Below, piece after piece: positions 1-13,247 of a DNA stretch of 64,000 nt; the stretch's first letter is position 1, and each line of letters starts with the position of its first letter. The notes beneath the pieces are model-generated. The model was not told the origin of the DNA. It ran no database searches and worked only from the letters and a program-made list of their open reading frames with translations. Origin of the DNA: Azolla caroliniana (lineage: Eukaryota > Plantae > Polypodiophyta). The position numbers and the translations under genes were made by a program. The stretch is from the NCBI GenBank assembly GCA_043228905.1, contig JBHGNT010000007.1, positions 11,222,001-11,286,000 on the forward strand. The letters run 5' to 3'.

Positions 1-1310
1 AAGCTTTCGAGCGGTTGTGTTGGCGGCGAACATTTTCTATAAGTTCGCCCACGCTTCTTTAGGCGTCTTGGCGTCTCAAATATGGCTAAGCATGTGGTCG
101 TGGACACATGTTGTCAAGCAATACATGACTCGACTTGCCACTTGCTCCCATGTTGCGTAGTCGGCGTTCTTTGAGTCGGTAAGATTTTCTTGAGCGCCGT
201 TGATGTAGCTCCAATACCCTTAGCCGACGAGGTATTGGGTCATCTCGTACTCCGAAGATGAATAATTGCTCCGGTCTAGCTTTTCACTAGGGAGCGAGCT
301 ACCCATTTGTGTGTTCATGTTGATTGTGTCTTCTCTTCTTTTGCTTTTCTTCCTTCGATCACGTACACGTGCTACGTAGCGGCACTACGGTAGCCGATAG
401 CCGGATTTTGTAATCACGAAGTCGGGTGGGCTTCGTGGATTTTCTAAACCACGCTCTCTGATACCATGTTAAGAATTACGTAAGTAATTAAGCAAGGGTT
501 AATTAGTACCTAATTATGTGATTAAGTTAAGCGTGGAAGATTATGTGATATGTGTGTGTATATGTGTGAGAGGAAGAGAGAGAGAGAGATGAATTTATGA
601 ACAACACAAGATGGGGGATGAGTAACTATATTAAATTAGCTTTATCATCATCAAATACAAAAATACCCACAATGAGGTATATATACATCTCATGTGCAAA
701 GGTGCACATGTGTGAGTAGAATATAGGTACTAATGTGTAAGTCCTTGTTGAGAATCAAGCTCAACTTGGTCTAGTGTGTGAACTCACCTTGAGAGTGAAT
801 AGACACTCCAACGGTCAAGAGTCACCATTATGTCACCTCTTTGTATTCTAGCATTTAGTATGAATCATAGAATCATATTCTATGACACATAACTTATGAG
901 CTTTCACATTCCCCATGCTCCATGAGTCTTGTAGTTAATGAAGAGAGAGGGTGACTATATAAAGCACCCTCCTCCCACCTTGTATGCAGTTAAGTCTTTC
1001 TCCTTTGTTAATATACTTTTACCTTGCGTATTCTCTGTGTCTTACTCCTTGTCTCTCTTCCTCTCTCTCACTCTCTCTCTCTCATACACACACATAACTC
1101 ACATCTCTTCCGCTTCACAAGAATCATATCCGATTCTTTACATGGTATCAGAGCGATTTGGTAGCTCGATCTAGGCCATTCACCTCATCGTGATCATGTG
1201 TTGTGCTCTACGCCGAAGACCAAGAACCGGCTCATCGCTATCATAGCTTCGCTACATAGCTCGCATTCGAAGAGAGAAGAAGAAGAAGAAGAAGAAGAAG
1301 AATCGACATA

Positions 1311-4300
1311 ATGAATACTCAAATGGGGAGTGCTCTCCCTACCGAGAAGTTGGATCGAAACAACTTCGCATCTTGGGAGTACAAGATGCACCAATACCTT
1401 GTCGGACAAGGCTATTGGAGCTACATCAAAGGAGAGCACGAAGACCGACATGCCGAAGCAGCTCCCGGATACGTGACATGGGAGCAAGCCGCAAGCCGCG
1501 TGATGTATTGCTTGGCGACATGTGTTCACGATCACATGCTCGGCTACATTCGCGAAGCCAAGACGCTGAAGGAGGCATGGGAAAATCTACGAAAGATTTT
1601 CACGGCGAACACAACCGCAAGAAGGCTTCAACTCCGCCAAGAGTTGAACAACATTCAACAAAGGGATATGTCCATCACGACATACACCTTGAAGATCAAG
1701 GAGCTTTGCGACTCGCTCGGCTCGATAAGCGTAAATATCGATGATGATGAGATGGTGCAAATATGCCTCGGCGGCCTCGCACCACGATTCGGCGCGATGT
1801 GAACCACCATTCTAGCACGGGAGAAATCCCCCTCCTTCTTCGAGCTCTAATCAATGCTATTGGTCGAAGAAAACCACATGCGTACAAGGAGCAATGAGTC
1901 GGAAGGCCACATGCTCTACACGCACTCGAACGGAGGAAGAGGACGCAAACGAGCGAGAGGCCGATTCGTTCAAGGACAAGGCGGACGAGGTCCGACCTAC
2001 GACAACAACTCCCAATTTCGGCCGCAAAACGGAAGCCAACGAGGAACCTTCGCAAGAAGGGGGAGCTTCCACTCCGGCCCAAGCCGTCAAAACGCAACCG
2101 AATGTGGATATTGCGGAAAGCTCGGCCACCACGAAGAAGAGTGCCGAAAGAAGATGCATGAATCGGCTTCCACAAGCCGAAAACTCACGAATTACGCCCA
2201 CAATTCTGACTACGAAGAGTATAGCGGAATGTACGGGCACAACTCCGACCGTGGCGGAATGTTCATGATGAAACATAGAGCAAACTCTATGTCGGCCTCT
2301 ACCTCAACTAGTGCCCTCAATCCGGAGGATGTATGGTTTGTTGACTCCGGAGCCCCAAACCATATGACATCTCATGAAGAATGGTTTCTCGAACTTCGAG
2401 AGCCGGAGCGACCCGGTTATGTCGAAACCAAAGACAACACTACGTGCCCGATTCATCACATCGGCAATGTTCTGTTCGGAAAAGAAGGTAAGCAAAATTA
2501 CATTAAAAATGTCTTGCATGTACCGACCATTACGAAGAATTTGGTCTCCGTCGGCCAAATTGTAGAGCAAGGGATGCAAGTTCGATTTAATCAAGGCGGT
2601 TGCTTCATCGAAAAAGAGGGCCGACTCATCACACGGGGACGAAGAGAGGGCCGAATGTTCATTCTCGACTCACACGAGATGAAATCGGCCATGTTCGCAA
2701 AGGGCATGAAAGCCGACTCCGACATAGAGTTGTGGCACAAGTGAATCAGCCACATCAATCTCAACAAACTCAAAGCAATGAAATCGAAAGGAGTCATCAT
2801 CAGACTCCCGACATTCAAAGAGAAGGAGATTTAAGGTGTATGCGAAGCGTGCCAATTCGGCAAGCAACACAGACACCCATTCCCGAAAGAGCGGAACGTG
2901 AGCAAAGGTCTACTCGACGTAGTCCATTCCAACGTATGGGGACCGGTGTAGACGGCTACATTAAGCAGATGCCGATATTACGTGCTCTTCATTGACGACT
3001 TCTCTAGGCACACTTGGATCTACCTGATGCGGCAAAAGAGCGAAGTGTTCGGACACTTCCAAAAATTCAAGAATGAAGTCAAGAAAGCCACGAGCCGACA
3101 TGTATGATGCCTTCGATCGGATGGTGGCAAGGAGTACTTCTCAGATGATTTCACGGCGTATCTCCGAAAGGAAGGAATTCGGCAAGAATTCACTTGCCGA
3201 CACACTCCGTAACAAAATGGAGTAGCCGAGCACAAAAATCGGCACATCCTCGAAGTGGCGCGGGCCATGATGAACGAGAAGCTTATGCCCAAGTCATATT
3301 GGGCCGAAGCTACAAATACGGCCGTCTACCTAATGAACCGGTGCACAACATCCGGCGTGCATGAGGTCACTCCACACGAAAAATACTTCGGAAAGAAGCC
3401 GGACTTATCGCACACCCGGATATTCGGCGTGATAGTGTACGTGCACATCCCCGACGAGAAGCGTCAAAAGCTTGACCTGAAGTCGGAGAAATGTATCCTC
3501 GTATGATACTCACTAGAGCAAAAGGGGTACAAGTGCTACAACCCCTCAACTCGAAAATCTCGAGTAAGTCGAGACGTCGTTTTTGACGAGTCTGCATCCT
3601 GGTACGCACCAGAGATAACTCCGACTCTGACTCCGCTCGACCCGGAATCCGCCAAACAAGAGATAGAGGATGAAGATCGCCTTACGCGCATGTTCGAAGA
3701 AAGTCCGATCATGACCCGACTGAGTAGACCACAAGAGCCTTTCAGTGATCAAAGCACATCACGGCCTAGCCCAAAGATGGACAAAGGCAGGGCGAAAATG
3801 GCGGAATACGCAGACGAGCGCTTCGACGACGATGAGTCGACTCACTCACTCGACAGTGAGTTCGGCGGCTTCGATGTACCAATCGGAGCTAAGAAAGCCC
3901 TCATCTCTGCAAATGAAAAGCTCCGCCGATCCACTCGTGAAAAGAACCTCGTGAGTCGATTCGGCTACAATGACTACATGGCATATCACTATGCCTTTAT
4001 GATGAAGGTGGCGACAGTACGCGAGTCGGAAACTTTTTCCGAAGCAGCCAAGGATCCGTGATGGATCGAAGCCATGAACGAGGAGATGCATGCACTACGC
4101 AAGAACGAGATGTGGGATCTCTTTCCCACCTCACCGCACAAAAAGGTGATCGGATGTAGATGGATTTACAAAGTGAAGTACAACGCCGACGGTTCCGTCA
4201 ACCGCTACAACGCGCGACTCATAGCGAAAGGATACACTCAGACGCATGGCGTCGACTACGAAGAAACCTTTGCCCCGGTGGCAAAGATGACGACGGTACG

Positions 4301-5570
4301 GACCGTAATTGCGCTTGCCACGGCGAAAGGGTGGCACCTCCATCAAATGGACGTCAAGAACGCCTTTCTACAAGGCGAATTAGAAGAGGAGGTGTACATG
4401 ATACAACCACCCAGCTTCAACTCGAGCACCCATCCGAAAGTTGTATGCCGACTCAAGAAGCCACTCTACGGCCTCAAGCAAGCACCACGTGCTTGGCATT
4501 CGAAGATAACGCAATATCTTCATCAAATCGGCTTCCGTATGTCAAAATCGGACAACTCCCTCTACATACGAAGTGATTCCGCAAGTCCGATCGTCATCAT
4601 CTTATATGTGGATGACCTAGTCATTGGAGGTAAGCATCTCGTCGAAATCAATAAGGTCAAATCCCTCCTTTCCGACAAGTTCGAGATGACGGACATGAAG
4701 GAGCTCCACTACTTCCTCGGCATCGAGGTAATTCGGACTCCGGCCGGAATCATGATCTCTCAACGGCACTACATCCTCAACTTGTTATACAAGTTCGGTA
4801 TGGATGAGTGCAAATCCGCGGCAACCCCGCTCGATCGCAATCTCAAAATAGATGCGAACTCCAGCACCCAAGCGTGTGAGCCAACTCAGTATCGGCAACT
4901 CATCGGGAGTCTCATCTACCTCACAATCACTCGACCCGATCTTAGTTATCCGGTCGGTCTCCTTAGTCAATTCATGCAAACACCGCATGATACTCACTTG
5001 GGTTGCGCTAAGCGAGTTCTACGATACGTGAGCGGCACAATGGATTACAGCATCCTCTACAAGACCACGATGCCAATACGACTCGAGGGGTACATAGACG
5101 CCGATTGGGCCGGCTACAAAGCCGATAGAAGATCAACCTCCGGATTTTTTTTCTCCCTCGGTAGCGGAGCAATATCCTGGAGAAGCAAGAAGCAGCCTAC
5201 CGTCACTCTTTCGAGTACGGAGGCGGAATACAGGGGCGCAACCGTAGCTGCATGTGAAGCCGTATGGCTTAAGACGATTTTGAAGGATCCGGGCGTTCCC
5301 ATCAAGGATCTGACTCCCCTTTACTGCGACAACATGAGCAGTATTTATTTGGCTCAGAACCCGGTGTTCCACGCGCGGACAAAGCACATCGAAGTGCACT
5401 ATCACTTCATCTGAGAGCGCGTTCTAGCTGGCGATGTCGACCTACAACACCTTAGCACCAATCTTCAAACGACTGACATTTTCACTAAAGCCTTAGGAGC
5501 CGACAAGCTATGGCAATTCATGACCGATCTTGGATTGACGATCCCTGACCTGCCAAGCTTGAGGGGGAGT
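1311..5570 (+). pseudogene. copia gag-pol polyprotein with about 10 in-frame stops
   Basis: Zinc knuckle CGYCGKLGHHEEEC, protease WFVDSGA, integrase, RT (HQMDVKNAFL, LYVDDL) and RNase H (DADWAG, KHIEVHYHF) in copia order. Stops include 1800, 2742, 3504, 4059 and 5412. Confidence 0.95.
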
Positions 5571-5580
5571 ACTGAAGACG

Positions 5581-5810
5581 CTACACAATAACGTGTGGAT
5601 TCCGCAAACCGCACATGCTACACAATAACGCGTGGATTCCTCAAACCGCGCACACTACGCAATAACACATGGATTACGCAATCGCGCAACGAAGCCGCAA
5701 AGAGCCAATCTACCACGCAAAGCCGCGAAGAAAGACGCAAGCCGAAGCACAGACTTCGCAACTACGCACAACGCAAGCTGGAGCACGAATCCCGCAACTC
5801 CGCATAAATG
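5581..5810 (+). repeat. Degenerate short tandem repeats in the copia 3' UTR
   Basis: Recurring acaataacgcgtggattcc..caaaccgc units of about 38-40 bp. Confidence 0.6.
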
Positions 5811-6561
5811 CGAGTCGACGCGGACTCCGGAACGCGAGTCGAAGCAGATTTCGGATACCGTCTGAAACCAACCCGACTTGAGCTTGAGGGGGTGTGTTGA
5901 GAATCAATCTCAACTTGGTCTAGTGTGTGAACTCACCTTGAGAGTGAATAGACACTCCAACGGTCAAGAGTCACCATTATGTCACCTCTTTGTATTCTAG
6001 CATTTAGTATGAGTCATAGAATCATATTCTATGACACATAACTTATGAGCTTTCACATTCCCCATGCTCCATGAGTCTTGTAGTTAATGAAGAGAGAGGG
6101 TGACTATATAAAGCACCCTCCTCCCACCTTGTATGCAGTTAAGTCTTTCTCCTTTGTTAATATACTTTTACCTTGCGTATTCTCTGTGTCTTACTCCTTG
6201 TCTCTCTTCCTCTCTCTCACTCTCTCTCTCTCATACACACACATAACTCACATCTCTTCCACTTCACAAGAATCATATCCGATTCTTTACAGTCCTATAT
6301 TAAATGTACTTAGGAGTGGAGGATCTAGAATATCCCACTTAAGTACAAGGTCCTATTTAAGGCATTATAGTTAACACTTCTAACTAGATTCTATCTAGGT
6401 AACTACGAAGTTACATGGTTGACAAAGTAACTAAACTAAGTTGAGCTTGATCTCTCAACAACATTAATTGAAGCATCATCATGTCCACATTTGTTACGAC
6501 CAATAACTATAGCTTATCCTAGGTAGTTTTTACCATAATTTCCTACATAGAAAGATAAGAA

Positions 6562-6925
6562 TGTTAGGGCTCATTGAGAATGTCAAAAAGGGAGGATTTC
6601 CTTTTAATCCTAGGGATTGGTACAACCCTAAGTGGTCACGTGTGAACCTACGTAGGGGCCTTGGGTTTACAAATAAATATGAGGCCTAGCCAGCCACATA
6701 AGGGGATGGTCAAACAACATCGAGATTGTGAGGTGAACAAACTCTTTTGGTGAGCGCATGCCAGTGCCCATATGTGGTGGTATGAGACGTTGCTTAAGAC
6801 TCGGGTTTGTCTTGATCCCTGCAATTAGGGGTAATCTAGGCAAATTGGCACCTATAGTTCTCTCTTTATTTCCTTAGTTCTATTCTTACATTAGATATAT
6901 ATCCATGAAACTAGGCATCAGAGCG
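6562..6925 (+). mobile_element. Probable degraded LTR followed by a PBS-like motif
   Basis: Starts tgttagggc and is followed by ggcatcagagc, a variant of the Met PBS. No partner LTR seen. Confidence 0.35.
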
Positions 6926-7126
6926 AGTTTCTAATGTTCCTTTCTTGAGTCATGTTTTTTGATGATGATGTTGAGATATTGGTCCCTCCGGATGGGGACC
7001 GATCGAGCCGGATCAGAGGATTCGGAGGAGGAATCAATATCGGATGGATCCGGAAGGATATCTGGAAGACGGACCAGATGGAACTAAAAGAGAGACATAT
7101 ATGTAAATATGTTTCGTATGGGCCGT

Positions 7127-8846
7127 TGTCGTGAAAATCCGTCACTATGTGCGGATCGTGAGGCGGAACCGCCGGGGTTATGGACGGGAAGGAAATAGGG
7201 CTCACACACACAAAACAAGGAAGGCTTACACAAACAAGGAACGAGTATTCGAACGTGTTTGTGAAATGGAGAGGTGCATGGGCAGCCCGAAACAACCCCT
7301 AGTCACAAGGCGAACAAATGCACGTGAGGAAGGCTTACACACGGACACACAAGGAAGGCTTACACAAACAAGGCACAAGTATTCGAACGTGTTTGTGAAA
7401 AGGAGAGGTGCATGGGCAAGCCCGAATCAACCCCTAGTCACAAGGTGAACGAATGCACGTGAGGAAGGCTTACACACGAACACACAAGGAAGGCTTACAC
7501 AAACAAGGCACGAGTATTCGAACATGTTTGTGAAAAGGAGAGGTTCATGAGCAAGCCCCAATCAACCCCTAGTCACAAGGCAAACGAATGCACGTGAGGA
7601 AGGCTTACACACGGACACACAAGGAAAAGGCTTACTTACACACATGAGAGACAAAGTTTCAAATGCCTTTGTGAAAAGAGAGGTGCATGGGCAAGCCCAA
7701 ACGCTCCCTTGTTACAAGACACACGAACACACAAGCAAGGTTTACACACGGGAGATACACTTTCGAACATCTTTGTGAAAGGAGAGGTGCATGGGCAAGC
7801 CCGAACGCTCCCTTGCCACAAGTCGCACGAACATACAAGCAAGATTTACATTAACACGCAAGACACGAAAGTTTGAATGCCTTTGCGAAAGGAGAGGTGC
7901 ATGGGCAAACCCGAAACACTCCCTTGTCACAAGACGCAAAAACAAGTAAGCACAAATGACAATAACATATAATACACGTAAGTTTGAATGCCTTTGTGAA
8001 AGGAGAGGTGCATGGGCAAGCCCAAAACACTCCCTTGTCACAAGACACACAAACAAATAAGCAAAAATGACAATAACACATAACATACGTAGGTGAAACC
8101 AAATATTATTTTATTGCAATATAATATATTCTTTTATAAAATAAGAATCAATTTTACAACGGTTTTGATATGGATATGAGAGATAATTTATAAAGGAAGG
8201 GGGAAGAGAGGTGGAGGAAAGAAGAGAGTGGAATATAGAAGAAGGTGATTCTTTGTTGATGATGCCTCTCGATGTTATTGATCCTTCTTCTTTTGCCTTC
8301 CAATTGAGTAGAGCTTCCGCGTTCCTTCTCCGTCCCCCCCTTCTTCACTAGAATAGGCTCTTATTTATAGGTTTAGGACTGCTTGCCTTTTTCCCCTAAA
8401 AAAAATCTTGTCTATATGAGTCGACTTTTCTTCTCCTTACTATTTATGTTTTCTAGCCCCCAATTTCACATGCAAGATATTATTGGAAAGCTCTTTGGGT
8501 TAGCTTTCTTATGCATATTTTGTTTTCTAATTTGGACATCTGACGAGGAAATTATGAGCTTTTTTCTCTATTGTGCTCCTCATATCCACGCGCTTCTTCT
8601 TTTTTTTCTCTCCCATCTTTTTCTCTACTTTTGTCTACTTTTGAAAACCGCCTCTAACTTAATATTCATCATTATTTATAGTAAGGTTCAATCCTTTGCC
8701 TTTTATTTACAAGGAATTATCTTTGGAAAAATGAAAAAGTATTTTTGCTACCAATAAAGTTGACTTCACAATACTAGTTTATTTGAACTACTATTTTACT
8801 TCTTTTCGAGGGTGGTTTCACACTATGTGTTAGAAACATCACAACA
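7127..8846 (-). mobile_element. Solo LTR of a 4-bp-TSD gypsy family, containing a tandem-repeat array
   Basis: TG..CA ends. TSD ccgt at 7123-7126 and 8847-8850. 7127-7190 matches the reverse complement of the gypsy LTR end at 41807-41873. The other end matches the LTR fragment at 34427 onward. Confidence 0.85.
7200..8090. repeat. Tandem array of about 7 units (104-140 bp) inside the solo LTR
   Basis: Core gaggtgcatgggcaagccc recurs near 7271, 7405, 7540, 7680, 7784, 7894 and 8005. Confidence 0.9.
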
Positions 8847-11840
8847 CCGTTGAGGCTAAATTTGTAAATAGCTCGTAAGTTATATGAGTATAAATATAAC
8901 TAGGGCAACTGATCACATGGGTTACGGTGAGTTGTTATTGTTGTACACAGTGAGAGTGAGAGTGAGAGAGTGAGAGACAAAAAGTTTCTGTTGTAACCGT
9001 CGGTTGGCGAAGTCAGTGAAAGAGGTTGTTGCCTCTGAGTCATCCCTTGTACCCGTCCTCTCAAGTAGTATTGTTCGGAGTCTGTGGGCTCCCATGGTTT
9101 TTCCCCGATTAGGGTTTTTCACGTTAATATTTTGTGTTGTCTTATATCTTGTGCAAATGTGTATCTATCTACTTGTTTTGTTTTATCTTTCCATTGAGCG
9201 ATTAAGATTTGGTTGTGGCCGAGCTTTATTCCTTTCAATCTGGTAACAAAGCATGGAAAATCCATTCAGCGACATGTTCAAGCTCACCGGCTCCAACTAC
9301 CCTGTATGGAAGTCAAAGATGAGGGACATGTTGGTGGTTAAAGATCTTTGGTTGCCGGTACAGTTCGGGGATGCAAGATCAGACAAAATTGATGCTCCGA
9401 CTTGGGAGGTAATGCACATGAAAACAACAACCTACATCCGGTGCTTCATTGACATGAGCCTGTACAACAACTTCAATGAGGAGAAGAAGGCTCACGAACT
9501 CTGGGAGAAGATAGGCATCATGTTTTAGAACAAGAATGCCATAAATCGAGTCTTGGTATTCCAGAAGCTAGTGAGACTCAGATATCAAGATGGCTCCTGC
9601 ATTGCAGAGCACATGAATGCCTTCCAAGGGCTCATAATTAGACAACCTTGTTGGAGGTACCTCTTGCCGACGAGGTGCTCACATTGTTGCTACTCAGTTC
9701 CCTTCCGGATAGTTGGGAGACGTTGGTTGTCAGTTTGGGCAACCTGGGCCAGAAGGTAAACATTTATCCCTATCAAGGGTAAAATCGAGTTTGCTGGATG
9801 AAGAGGCTCGTCAGAAAGATAAGGAAGTAATCTATGACTCAAAAGCCTTGGTTACTGAATCCGACGCACAACGGGGAAGAGGCCGGAATCGGGGTTCCCA
9901 GAACCGGGAAAAGTCGGGGACAAGGTCGAAGTCAGGGGGGGGGCACATGCTTCTATTGCGGGAAGTCGGGGCATTTCCAAAAGAACTACCAACACTGCCA
10001 GAAAGAGAAAGGAGCCGACAGTGCCGACTCGAAGAAGAGTTGGAACCGGAAGAGCTCAAACCGAAAAGGAATGTCGACAATCATGACAAGCGAAGAAGAA
10101 CTATTGCTCATCACCGAGGAGAGCGACCTACATCTTGTCAGCAACGAAACGACGTGGGTGGTCGACTCTGGAGCATCGTTCCATCTGACCCCCGACCGAA
10201 AGTGCTTCTCATCCGATGGAGCCGGAGATCACGGTTGTGTCTGGATGGGGAATAAAGGTGCATGCCGAATTGTCGGCATAGGAGACATGTGACTGACGAC
10301 ATCAACCGGGTGCAAAATGTTGTTGAAAGATGTCCGACATGTTTCGGAGGTTCGGCTGAACCTGATATCAGCCAGTCGGTTGGATGATAAGGGCTACACA
10401 GGTAGTATGAAGTTTTGCAAAGGGACCCTGATCGTGGCTCGAGCCCGGAAGATCAACACCTTGTACCTGATGCATGCTCGGATATGCCGGGAAGAAGTGA
10501 ACTTGATATCCAACATTGTCGGTGAGGTGTGGCACAAGAGGTTGTGGCACATGAGCCCGAAAGGGATGCGTAAACTTGTCAAGGACAACCTCATTCCGGA
10601 TGTGAAAGATGTGCAACTTGAGAGGTGCACCGACTGCTTGGCCGGAAAGCAAAACCGAACCTCTTTCTGATCCTGACCACCAACAAGACTAAAAGAACCA
10701 TTGGAACTTGTGCATACCGATGTATGCCAAGTGGACATGAAGTCACATGCCGGATCGCAGTACTTCGTGACATTCATAGATGACCACAACCCGAAGTTGT
10801 GGGTCTCACCACTGAAGACGAAGGATCAAGTATTGATCGTCTTCAAGGAGTTCCACGCGAGAGTGGAAAGAAAAACCGGCTGGAAGCGAAAAACAGTTTG
10901 AGCTAACAACGGTGGAGAGTACCGGGGGAAATTCGAGGAATACTACCGGTCAAAAGGAATCTGTGTCGAAGACAACAGAGCTGAATGGATTGGCCAAAAG
11001 GATGAACTAGACTGTGATGGAGAGAGTCTGGAGCATGCTGGCACATGCTAGGTTGTCCAAGAAGTTTTGGGTTGAGGCGTTGATGATGACGACCTATGTG
11101 ATATATAGATCACCCTTAGTGCCCTTGGATGGAAACACACTGCAGAGAGTATGGACCGGTAAAGACGTGTCTTATCGGCATCTGAAGGTGTTCGGTTGTC
11201 TTGCCTACGTGCATATAGCAAAGGATAAGAGAGCAAAGTTGGATCCGAAGTCCCGGCCATGCATATTCCTTGGATACGACGATGATGAGCTTGGCTACTG
11301 AGTGTGGAATTTGGTCGCAAGAAGGTCTTCCGGAGTCGAGACATAGTCCTCATGGAAGACGAGACCATTTCCGACTGGGATTCGGAGAAGAAGACAATGG
11401 ATTCCGGGTCAACCGATAGAGATCCGTTGAAGAATATAAGGACCCATCCGGACGGAAGTTGGATGACACTTGAAGAACTAGCCGAAGTCGGACAAGAAAC
11501 CGAACCGACCGAAGAAGAAGAATCAGACACCAGAACTGGACAAGACATTTGGATGAAGAACAAACATAGGAACCGGTGGCCGAAAACCAGGGACGAAGAT
11601 ATCCTCTAAGGGAGAGAAGAGCCCTCTGGAGATTTCCGGATGCAGAGTATGTTTTATTGACCGACAAGGGGGACTGGAAAGCTTCGAAGAAGCAAAGAAA
11701 GACACCCACACCCACACGTGGTTAAGTGCCATGCAGGATGAGATGGATTCCTTGCACGAGAATCACACATATGAATTGATGGAGCTGTTGAAAGGAAAGA
11801 GAGCACTCTGGAACAAGTGGGTGTACAAGTTGAAACCCCG

Positions 11841-12100
11841 AACATTCTCGTAGTAGAGAACATGGTCAAATCAGAAGTTTTGTACATGACCGAAGAAGCT
11901 ACGATTTGGCTTCTCAATTCAGGTGTCTCCTACCACGTGACCTCACATCGGTCCCAATTTCGGCAATATACGACTCAGAATTTCGACGTGGTCTGAGTTA
12001 GCAACTCCCAACACTACGTTATTGTCTGAATGAGCACTGTAGAGCTCAACCTTTGGGGTGGTTCTACCTTAGTTCTTTGCGATGTCCAACATGTCCTAGA
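11841..12100 (+). pseudogene. Protease-region fragment of the copia family found at 37218-50939
   Basis: Homologous to the WLLDSGASYHVTP..RSQFRQY..VGNSQH..ELNL region on the minus strand at ~48905-48795 and 40830-40680. Confidence 0.7.
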
Positions 12101-12559
12101 TGTTGAATTTGATATGTGGAAGAATATGTGACGACCTATTAGAAGATGTGTACAGCAAACAATGCAGATAAACTAGAGAAGAAGACAATAGGTAAGAATC
12201 AAGATACACAATTGAAGCTCTAATGGAAACCTATTTCTCTTCCGTAAAACTCTCTCTCTTACAATGATACAGTTGGGTTCATATACTCAAGCCCTAAATT
12301 TTGGACATATTTACACCCAAGGATAGGTGATGATATTGATGAATGGTAATAGTAGAATAGAATTATGATGGACATATAATAAGCATTGTGGGGTTGATGG
12401 CAATAGAGATGGTGATCATTGTGGGGTGGGGGGGTGGTGCCTAGAATGGCTCCATCCCCCTCCCAAGGGGGTTCAATTTTGTAAAAGTTAATATGCAGAA
12501 GCTTTGACAAACCGGTTTATCCGGATAGCAACCGGTTTTTTTTCTTTCTTTCTTTGTTA

Positions 12560-12990
12560 TCGTCCCCTTGTACGTTCGGTTGTCTTGTGACGAGGGAGCG
12601 TTTCGGGCGTGCCCGTGCACCTCTCCTCCTCATAAAGGCGTACGAGCATCTGTGTGTGTGCTTGTGTCTTCCTTGTACATTCGGCCGTCTTGTGATGAGG
12701 GAGCGTTTCGGGCGTGCCCATGCACCTCTCCTCCTCATAAAGGCGTACGAGCATCTGTGCGTGTGCTTGTGTCTTCCTTGTACGTTCGGCCGTCTTGTGA
12801 CGAGGGAGCGTTTCGGGCATGCCCGTGCACCTCTCCTCCTCATAAAGGCGTACGAGCATCTATGCGTGTGCTTGTGTCTTCCTTGTACGTTCGTTCGTCT
12901 TATGACGAGGGAGCGTTCGGGCGTGCCCATGCACCTCTCCTCCTCATAAAGATGTACGAGCATTTGTGTTTGTGTTATCGTCCCCTTGTG
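12560..12990. repeat. 105-bp tandem repeat x4 in an LTR remnant that ends at 13247
   Basis: gagggagcg at 12592, 12697, 12802 and 12907. The unit is related to the reverse complement of the 7200-8090 unit. The remnant ends cttcgcgaca at 13247. Confidence 0.9.
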
Positions 12991-13247
12991 CGTTCATCTT
13001 GCATGCTCATCTTTGCTTGTACCCGTTTGATCACTTGGCTCATGCGGTGATCTCGAAAACTCGACGAGACGTGATCAATGAAAGCCATTGGCCCCACAAA
13101 AGGGGCAACGAGCCCTTGCTCAGGAAGGGGTCCGGAAGTAGTATTGTCGTAAAACAAACCTCGGGTCTTCTCTATCCCTTCGTACTCCCTAGTCCAAGAC
13201 CCTCGTGGTCCCGCCCAAGTAACACATGCGTAGGAAACTTCGCGACA

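Larger units (their letters stand above)
746..6291 (+). mobile_element. Full-length Ty1/copia LTR retrotransposon, coding region pseudogenised
   Basis: 397-bp LTRs at 746-1142 and 5895-6291 (TG..CA, 3 mismatches seen). 5-bp TSD gtcct at 741-745 and 6292-6296. tRNA-iMet PBS tggtatcagagc at 1143-1154. PPT gagggggtg at 5886-5894. Confidence 0.97.
1..6460 (-). mobile_element. 5' part of a Ty1/copia element (gag start, PBS, 5' LTR) whose LTR is split by the copia at 746-6291
   Basis: Minus-strand decayed gag from ATG at 318 (MNTQMGSSLPSEKLDRSNY...), paralogous to the ORF at 1311. PBS reverse complement ctctgatacca at 456-466. LTR = 467-745 + 6297-6460, ending tctctcaaca (reverse complement tgttgagagatcaagctcaac, the same LTR start as the nested element). 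Confidence 0.85.
6969..11840 (+). mobile_element. 3'-truncated Ty1/copia element of a second family; its 5' LTR is split by a solo LTR
   Basis: LTR ~6969-7126 + 8851-9237. PBS-like tggtaacaaagc at 9241-9252. gag ATG at 9253 (KLTGSNYPVWKSKM), knuckle CFYCGKSGH, protease WVVDSGASFH, integrase, and RT start (NKWVYKLK), then an abrupt end. Confidence 0.85.

Noticed and set aside
938-1174. Hydrophobic 78-aa ORF and its twin at 6087-6374
   Set aside because: Both lie within the LTRs and derive from CT-rich sequence.
7200-8090. CRISPR-like repeat-spacer appearance
   Set aside because: The intervening sequences are homologous to each other, the array lies inside a plant LTR, and there are no cas genes.
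12517-13050. Overlapping ORFs with 35-aa repeats
   Set aside because: By-product of a 105-bp tandem repeat that is open in several frames on both strands.
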